Part shown: positions 62,101 to 64,000 of the stretch, one piece after another
Layout of the letters: the number at the start of each line of letters is the position of its first letter
Position numbering within the stretch: position 1 is the stretch's first letter
Assembly: GCF_018977255.1 (NCBI RefSeq)
Contig: NW_024704742.1
Span: 37,202,001-37,266,000, forward strand
Direction: 5' to 3'
Source of the DNA: Callorhinchus milii
Taxonomy: Eukaryota
DNA: 64,000 bases
The notes under the pieces: generated by a model
Database searches by the model: none
What the model was told of the DNA's origin: nothing
What the model saw: only the letters and a program-made list of their open reading frames with translations
Position numbers and translations under genes: made by a program

Positions 62101-62289
62101 GGACTACTGAAGTAATCCAACCGTATCTCTGCCAAACTTGAATGTATTTTTCCCCTGCCTTATTTGATTCAGACATCACTGCCAAAGAAGCTGAAGCTCT
62201 GCAGTCCTTGTTGGATGTTATTCATCAAGAAGCCAATAAACTTTCTTGTTTCAGCCCAATAAACTCTCCAACAAAAATTCCACAGCCAG
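5096..62289 (+). CDS. PTPN13: PTPN13 (tyrosine-protein phosphatase non-receptor type 13), partial multi-exon gene: 33 internal coding exons covering FERM and six PDZ domains; 5' and 3' ends outside the window
   Basis: Exons listed below have AG/GT boundaries and matching phases, giving one open frame. Peptides such as [34 protein letters not shown] and [16 protein letters not shown] are recognisably PTPN13. Confidence 0.97.
7225..7605 (-). mobile_element. L2-clade LINE 3' fragment
   Basis: Reverse strand has the LWNS-like ORF2 end, C-rich 3' UTR, agcgct stem-loop tail and (ttg)n end. Confidence 0.8.
7745..7950 (+). mobile_element. CR1-clade LINE 3' fragment
   Basis: Matches the reverse complement of the CR1 copy at 24577-24790, including the gggctgaatggcct.....tgctcct tail. 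Confidence 0.75.
8113..8350 (-). mobile_element. tRNA-derived SINE, 3' part (subfamily of 50315 copy)
   Basis: (aat)n tail, aagcgcttcacag and gcgcacagca.tgtcccacaaacagtc motifs. Confidence 0.8.
8611..8710 (+). CDS. PTPN13: PTPN13 exon ([33 protein letters not shown])
   Basis: Strong pyrimidine tract + tag, gtgaat donor; phase 1-2 fits both neighbours. Confidence 0.85.
8960..9175 (+). mobile_element. L2-clade LINE 3' fragment
   Basis: Close inverted match to 7225-7430; stem-loop tail and (gtt)n end. Confidence 0.8.
9452..9659 (+). CDS. PTPN13: PTPN13 exon, coiled-coil region ([27 protein letters not shown]...[19 protein letters not shown]); alternative start 9455
   Basis: cagcag tandem acceptor, gtgaag donor; MLKRQEEEL and RDPLR motifs. 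Confidence 0.9.
9698..10027 (+). mobile_element. Full-length tRNA-Ala-derived SINE (about 330 bp)
   Basis: Pol III A box tagctcagtgg, B box gagttcaattcc, anticodon arm ctcgc-tttgcaa-gtgag, LINE-like stem-loop tail, (att)n end; three near-identical copies elsewhere. Confidence 0.93.
10770..11100 (-). mobile_element. L2-clade LINE 3' fragments
   Basis: Reverse-strand LWNSIP...[10 protein letters not shown] peptide typical of the L2 ORF2 end. Confidence 0.7.
11236..11310 (+). CDS. PTPN13: PTPN13 exon ([25 protein letters not shown])
   Basis: cag/gtaaag boundaries, phase 0-0. Confidence 0.95.
11615..11975 (+). repeat. Unidentified interspersed repeat family X
   Basis: Matches 836-999 (rc), 42970-43120 and 61780-61950. 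Confidence 0.7.
12140..12311 (+). CDS. PTPN13: PTPN13 exon, FERM F1 start ([29 protein letters not shown]...FALAYLK)
   Basis: cag/gtacat, phase 0-1. Confidence 0.95.
12629..12954 (+). mobile_element. Full-length tRNA-Ala-derived SINE
   Basis: Near-identical to 9698-10027. Confidence 0.93.
13913..14063 (+). CDS. PTPN13: PTPN13 exon, FERM ([24 protein letters not shown]...[17 protein letters not shown])
   Basis: tag/gtaagt, phase 1-2; not in the ORF track but translated by hand. Confidence 0.95.
15290..15735 (+). mobile_element. Older, longer tRNA-headed SINE (DeuSINE/SacSINE-like), diverged
   Basis: Degenerate A/B boxes, central ccatcctt.agat.agatgttaaacc region, same tail; related copies at 40125, 47325, 54085 and 56507. 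Confidence 0.7.
15835..15973 (+). CDS. PTPN13: PTPN13 exon, FERM F2 ([46 protein letters not shown])
   Basis: aag acceptor, gtacac donor, phase 2-0. Confidence 0.95.
17069..17221 (+). CDS. PTPN13: PTPN13 exon, FERM F2 ([19 protein letters not shown]...ETQLEFMK)
   Basis: tag/gtattg, phase 0-0. Confidence 0.95.
18630..18812 (+). CDS. PTPN13: PTPN13 exon, FERM F3 ([15 protein letters not shown]...[14 protein letters not shown])
   Basis: cag/gtaagt, phase 0-0. Confidence 0.95.
20229..20391 (+). CDS. PTPN13: PTPN13 exon, FERM F3 end ([54 protein letters not shown])
   Basis: cag/gtatgt, phase 0-1. Confidence 0.95.
20580..21135 (+). mobile_element. L2-clade LINE 3' fragment
   Basis: Degenerate [12 protein letters not shown]...LQIIQNSA...LHW coding remnant plus tail. 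Confidence 0.85.
21511..21952 (+). CDS. PTPN13: PTPN13 exon, post-FERM linker ([11 protein letters not shown]...MGRANSS...SKSYYDLSQ...RRTKS)
   Basis: tag/gtatat, phase 1-2; MGRA and SKSY.DLSQ motifs. Confidence 0.92.
22620..22945 (-). repeat. Unidentified interspersed repeat family X
   Basis: Reverse complement matches 1030-1310 and 42800-43100. Confidence 0.75.
24577..25535 (-). mobile_element. CR1-clade LINE, 5'-truncated (RT C-terminal half + 3' UTR)
   Basis: Reverse strand encodes [31 protein letters not shown]...[13 protein letters not shown]...LWNSLP; ends in gaatggcctactcctgctcct and (ttcttatg)n tail. Confidence 0.92.
26265..26365 (+). CDS. PTPN13: PTPN13 exon ([33 protein letters not shown]); alternative in-frame start 26256
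   Basis: cag (or upstream aag) acceptor, gtcagt donor, phase 2-1; RSP..R...SDSSS.ED..QAYV motif. Confidence 0.9.
27789..27845 (+). CDS. PTPN13: PTPN13 57-nt symmetric exon ([19 protein letters not shown])
   Basis: cag/gtaggc, phase 1-1; MHSSG motif shared with human. Confidence 0.88.
28346..28428. repeat. Near-perfect inverted repeat (about 34-bp arms, 13-nt loop)
   Basis: gtgcttgccagcactttttcttgcttcttttaag / cttaaaagaagcaagaaaaaagtgctggcagagcac. Confidence 0.95.
30065..30154 (+). CDS. PTPN13: PTPN13 exon, PDZ1 start ([30 protein letters not shown])
   Basis: cag/gtatgc, phase 1-1. Confidence 0.93.
30520..31560 (+). mobile_element. L2-clade LINE, 5'-truncated (RT YADD to 3' UTR)
   Basis: ORF 30614-31144 MYADDTQLY...[15 protein letters not shown]...RLDYAN...IQNSAA with premature stop; 3' tail. 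Confidence 0.92.
31715..31825 (+). CDS. PTPN13: PTPN13 exon, PDZ1 ([37 protein letters not shown])
   Basis: tag/gtactg, phase 1-1. Confidence 0.93.
32788..32913 (+). CDS. PTPN13: PTPN13 exon, PDZ1 end ([42 protein letters not shown])
   Basis: cag/gtactg, phase 1-1. Confidence 0.95.
34550..34895 (-). repeat. Unidentified interspersed repeat family X
   Basis: Reverse complement matches 1060-1372 and 43105-43170. Confidence 0.7.
36011..36468 (+). CDS. PTPN13: PTPN13 exon, PDZ1-2 linker (...[16 protein letters not shown]...[15 protein letters not shown]...RPKK)
   Basis: cag/gtaatg, phase 1-0; strongly conserved linker motifs. Confidence 0.93.
36725..36860 (+). mobile_element. Penelope-like element terminal-repeat fragment
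   Basis: cctggcctgctgagtgttcccagc...ttcagatttccagcatctgcagtatt resembles the common shark Penelope-type terminus (recalled); preceded by a ctgacga...gaaac motif. Confidence 0.55.
38092..38220 (+). CDS. PTPN13: PTPN13 exon, PDZ2 start (DSAADKTK...[22 protein letters not shown]); alternative end 38235 adds VLFGK
   Basis: tag acceptor; donors gtactg (38221) and gttttc (38236), phase 0-0. Confidence 0.95.
38450..39165 (-). mobile_element. L2-clade LINE fragment with internal deletion
   Basis: Reverse-strand [10 protein letters not shown]...DIKAWM and LWNTLP...[11 protein letters not shown]; tail at 38450-38515. Confidence 0.85.
39513..39606 (+). CDS. PTPN13: PTPN13 exon, PDZ2 ([31 protein letters not shown])
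   Basis: cag/gtaagc, phase 0-1. Confidence 0.96.
39904..39989 (+). CDS. PTPN13: PTPN13 exon, PDZ2 ([29 protein letters not shown])
   Basis: cag/gtgaga, phase 1-0. Confidence 0.96.
40125..40610 (+). mobile_element. Older DeuSINE-like SINE interrupted by a short L2-type tail (about 40240-40350)
   Basis: Collinear with 15290-15735 and 56507-56975 apart from the insert. Confidence 0.65.
40743..40926 (+). CDS. PTPN13: PTPN13 exon, PDZ2 end/linker ([10 protein letters not shown]...PVTPQCT...KDYSFVTD)
   Basis: cag/gtgagg, phase 0-1. Confidence 0.95.
41887..42101 (+). CDS. PTPN13: PTPN13 exon, PDZ3 ([19 protein letters not shown]...KKLFPGQPA...[18 protein letters not shown])
   Basis: tag/gtaagg, phase 1-0. 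Confidence 0.96.
42800..43180 (+). repeat. Unidentified interspersed repeat family X
   Basis: Collinear with 1030-1310 and 11630-11770. Confidence 0.75.
45221..45316 (+). CDS. PTPN13: PTPN13 exon, PDZ3 end ([32 protein letters not shown])
   Basis: cag/gtgagt, phase 0-0. Confidence 0.95.
45817..46217 (+). CDS. PTPN13: PTPN13 exon, PDZ3-4 linker (SLISSHSEG...[10 protein letters not shown]...KLELTS)
   Basis: cag/gttggt, phase 0-2; SRRDSYSDS motif. Confidence 0.9.
46822..47032 (+). CDS. PTPN13: PTPN13 exon, linker ([10 protein letters not shown]...[12 protein letters not shown])
   Basis: tag/gtaact; phase 2-0 bridges both neighbours. Confidence 0.85.
47821..47979 (+). CDS. PTPN13: PTPN13 exon, PDZ4 ([53 protein letters not shown])
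   Basis: cag/gtatgt, phase 0-0. Confidence 0.96.
49202..49373 (+). CDS. PTPN13: PTPN13 exon, PDZ4 end / PDZ5 start ([19 protein letters not shown]...LVIGRVLE...HEQEL)
   Basis: tag/gtaatg, phase 0-1. Confidence 0.95.
50023..50233 (+). CDS. PTPN13: PTPN13 exon, PDZ5 ([50 protein letters not shown]...TLKAT)
   Basis: tag/gtattg, phase 1-2. Confidence 0.95.
50315..50679 (+). mobile_element. tRNA-Ala-derived SINE, distinct subfamily with a longer middle
   Basis: A box tagctcagtgg, B box gggttcgattcc, anticodon loop ctcgcaa, same tail. Confidence 0.88.
51368..51689 (-). mobile_element. Full-length tRNA-Ala-derived SINE
   Basis: Reverse complement near-identical to 9698-10027. Confidence 0.93.
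53553..53647 (+). CDS. PTPN13: PTPN13 exon ([31 protein letters not shown])
   Basis: cag/gtaaga, phase 2-1; PVVP motif after PDZ5. Confidence 0.88.
54085..54430 (-). mobile_element. Older DeuSINE-like SINE
   Basis: Reverse complement resembles 15290-15735 and 56507-56975. Confidence 0.6.
56507..56975 (+). mobile_element. Older DeuSINE-like SINE
   Basis: tggctcagtttgtagc A box, ggttcaatgtcc B-box remnant, shared body and tail. Confidence 0.7.
57083..57144 (+). CDS. PTPN13: PTPN13 exon ([21 protein letters not shown])
   Basis: tag/gtacaa; phase 1-0 is exactly what is needed between 53647 and 58369. Weak sequence conservation. Confidence 0.75.
58369..58524 (+). CDS. PTPN13: PTPN13 exon, N-half of a sixth PDZ domain ([52 protein letters not shown])
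   Basis: tag/gtaaca, phase 0-0, canonical GLGF PDZ signature. Confidence 0.93.
60341..60660 (-). mobile_element. Full-length tRNA-Ala-derived SINE, adjoining the tail of an older L2 fragment (about 60010-60340)
   Basis: Reverse complement near-identical to 12629-12954. Confidence 0.93.
61216..61387 (+). CDS. PTPN13: PTPN13 exon, C-half of the sixth PDZ ([31 protein letters not shown]) + linker
   Basis: cag/gtaaga, phase 0-1; VNG...H..AV..IR PDZ signature. Confidence 0.92.
61780..61950 (+). repeat. Unidentified interspersed repeat family X, distal part
   Basis: Matches 11820-11975 (agagtgcacattc, ccatgtg.aggtggcat, ggtttg.ata.tc.taagc.tggtga). Confidence 0.6.
62173..62289 (+). CDS. PTPN13: PTPN13 exon ([39 protein letters not shown])
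   Basis: cag/gtaacc, phase 1-1; EAE..QSLLDV motif of PTPN13, confirming the sixth PDZ lies inside this gene. Confidence 0.92.
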
Positions 62290-62689
62290 GTAACCTCTTC
62301 TAAGGGTTCGGGGGAGGGGAAGGGAAATTTATTTGATGATCTTTCCACCGTCAGCCTGCTTTGCTTGAATGGAAACTGATGGTGAATTTTAGCTGCATGA
62401 AAACATTACTTTATTTTCTGTTACAAAACCAAACTGATACATCTATCTCCGATACTGCTTTTTGTAATTTGGAGCTCAAATAGAAACGGCTTTGCAAACT
62501 CCTGAGCTGTCAGTTGTTTGTATGCAGAATCCACAGCAGCCACACAGAAGCAACTATTTTACAGCAAACTCCTGTTAGAGCATCAAGCTGTTTCTTAAAA
62601 ATGTCCAAGACTCTAGACTCAATCACTCTTCTTTGTGTCCCTTTGCAACTGCCTATTTGCCTCTGTATAAAGAAATACTTCCTGATGTC

Positions 62690-63620
62690 GCTGTAAACGT
62701 GACCTTCACAGCCATGATCCCTGAACCTTTGCCCTCTTGTCTTTTGGTCTTGGAATATCTGAAATTATTTTACTTATTCTAGCCTTAAATGTCTTGCATA
62801 CCTTTACAAGACCTCTCTTTTTAAGACTGAAGAGCCCTATCTTATTGAATCATTCCTCACTGTTCATCTCTTTAACGATGGGGATCAATTTTGTTGCTTC
62901 CTCTTAAAAGCCTAGCTAGGTCTTTTCTATCATGGAAACTGGAACTATATACTCCAGGTGCAGCCTAACCAGAGTACTGTACAGCTTAAACATGAATTGC
63001 AGGGATTTGATTTGGCAGAGAAGATCAGCGTTATGTTTGCTTTTCATTGAAAATGGTGATCACAGAGTCGATGTATAATTCCTGGGTCTCTTTCAGGTTA
63101 CCCCTAGAAAAAAATATCCATGAAATACACAAGTCTTCTATCTTTGCTTCTAATATACAGTACTTTGCTTTTGTCCATATTTAGCATCATCTGTGACATA
63201 TCAGCTTAGCTTGATATGTCACAAATTACATATCTACCTCCCCTGAGTCTACAGTTTTCTAGCTTAGTTATCTGTGCATTTAACAACTTTGCACTGAATC
63301 TGCAAATTAAGTTCAATTATGTACATCAATAAGAAGTGTTCCAGCATGGTTCCCTAAGGCACTGCACTCAATAATTCTCCTCCTTTTAACCAAACTCTGT
63401 AATGATTACCCTCTGCTTCCTTCCCTTCAGCTAATTACTAATCTCCATGTCATTTCTTTGAAACACACAGATTTTAGTTAAAAGCATCTTTTGTGTGGTA
63501 CATGTAAAAGCCTTTTGAACATTAGGCTGCACTACTTCATTATGACTTCTTACTATTCAATTTGAATGTCACCTCCTCAAAATTACCTAACGTTGGTTGA
63601 TTAAGATCTACTCCTTCTGA
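62690..63620 (-). mobile_element. Old, highly decayed CR1-like LINE fragment
   Basis: Loose similarity to the 24577-25535 CR1 copy (ctggaactatatactccaggtg..gcctaacca, catcatctg, ttagttatctgtgcattt). Confidence 0.55.
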
Positions 63621-64000
63621 AGCAGAGTTGGCTCTCATTTATTTGGCTATTTTCATACTGGTTCATTACAATTATTGAGGTCCCGTTATTGAAACAATTG
63701 TTCTTTCACCCTCATTGCATGAAGCAACACCATTTGTCCTTTTTCTATTTGATGAAAACTCCACATTGCTCTCTCAAAAAGGTGAGTAATATCTTGTCCA
63801 TGTACCTCATAGCTTTCCAAATTAATACTGGCATCTATTATGCGCCACGTGTAAACCATGTGTGAACACATATATAGAATGGATCAAAAGTACACTTAAA
63901 TTTGTAATTAACAACCAATGAAAGGGACTTGATTGTTAATGACAGAATAAATCCTTTCCTACAAATAGGACAAGATACTGCCCCCCACCCCTCCCACAGG

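Noticed and set aside
5096..62289. Assignment to the paralog FRMPD2, or a separate PDZ gene for 58369-61387
   Set aside because: More than three PDZs, PTPN13-specific linker motifs, and the frame resumes in a PTPN13 exon at 62173.
1..64000. CRISPR arrays, operons or other prokaryotic systems
   Set aside because: The sequence is an intron-rich vertebrate gene with no repeat-spacer arrays or long prokaryotic ORFs.

Overview
Eukaryotic genomic DNA from a vertebrate, most likely a cartilaginous fish (possibly a holocephalan such as elephant shark; this is inferred from the tRNA-Ala SINE, L2 and CR1 repeat content). The whole window lies inside one plus-strand gene, PTPN13 (PTP-BAS/FAP-1/PTP-BL). 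I traced 33 consecutive GT-AG coding exons from 5096 to 62289 that join in one open frame, running from the post-KIND linker and coiled coil through the FERM domain and PDZ1-5. The N-terminal KIND domain and C-terminal phosphatase domain are outside the window. The main surprise is an intact sixth PDZ domain (exons 58369-58524 and 61216-61387); mammalian PTPN13 has five, and the human linker appears to keep a decayed copy of the second half. Other points of interest: a conserved PDZ2 VLFGK alternative donor, a candidate 13-nt poison microexon before PDZ1, a near-perfect 83-nt intronic hairpin, hammerhead-ribozyme-like relics in a Penelope-like fragment, inverted repeat pairs around exons and an abundant repeat family I could not name. 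Comparisons with human PTPN13 are from memory of the protein, not a run alignment. Repeat boundaries are approximate.
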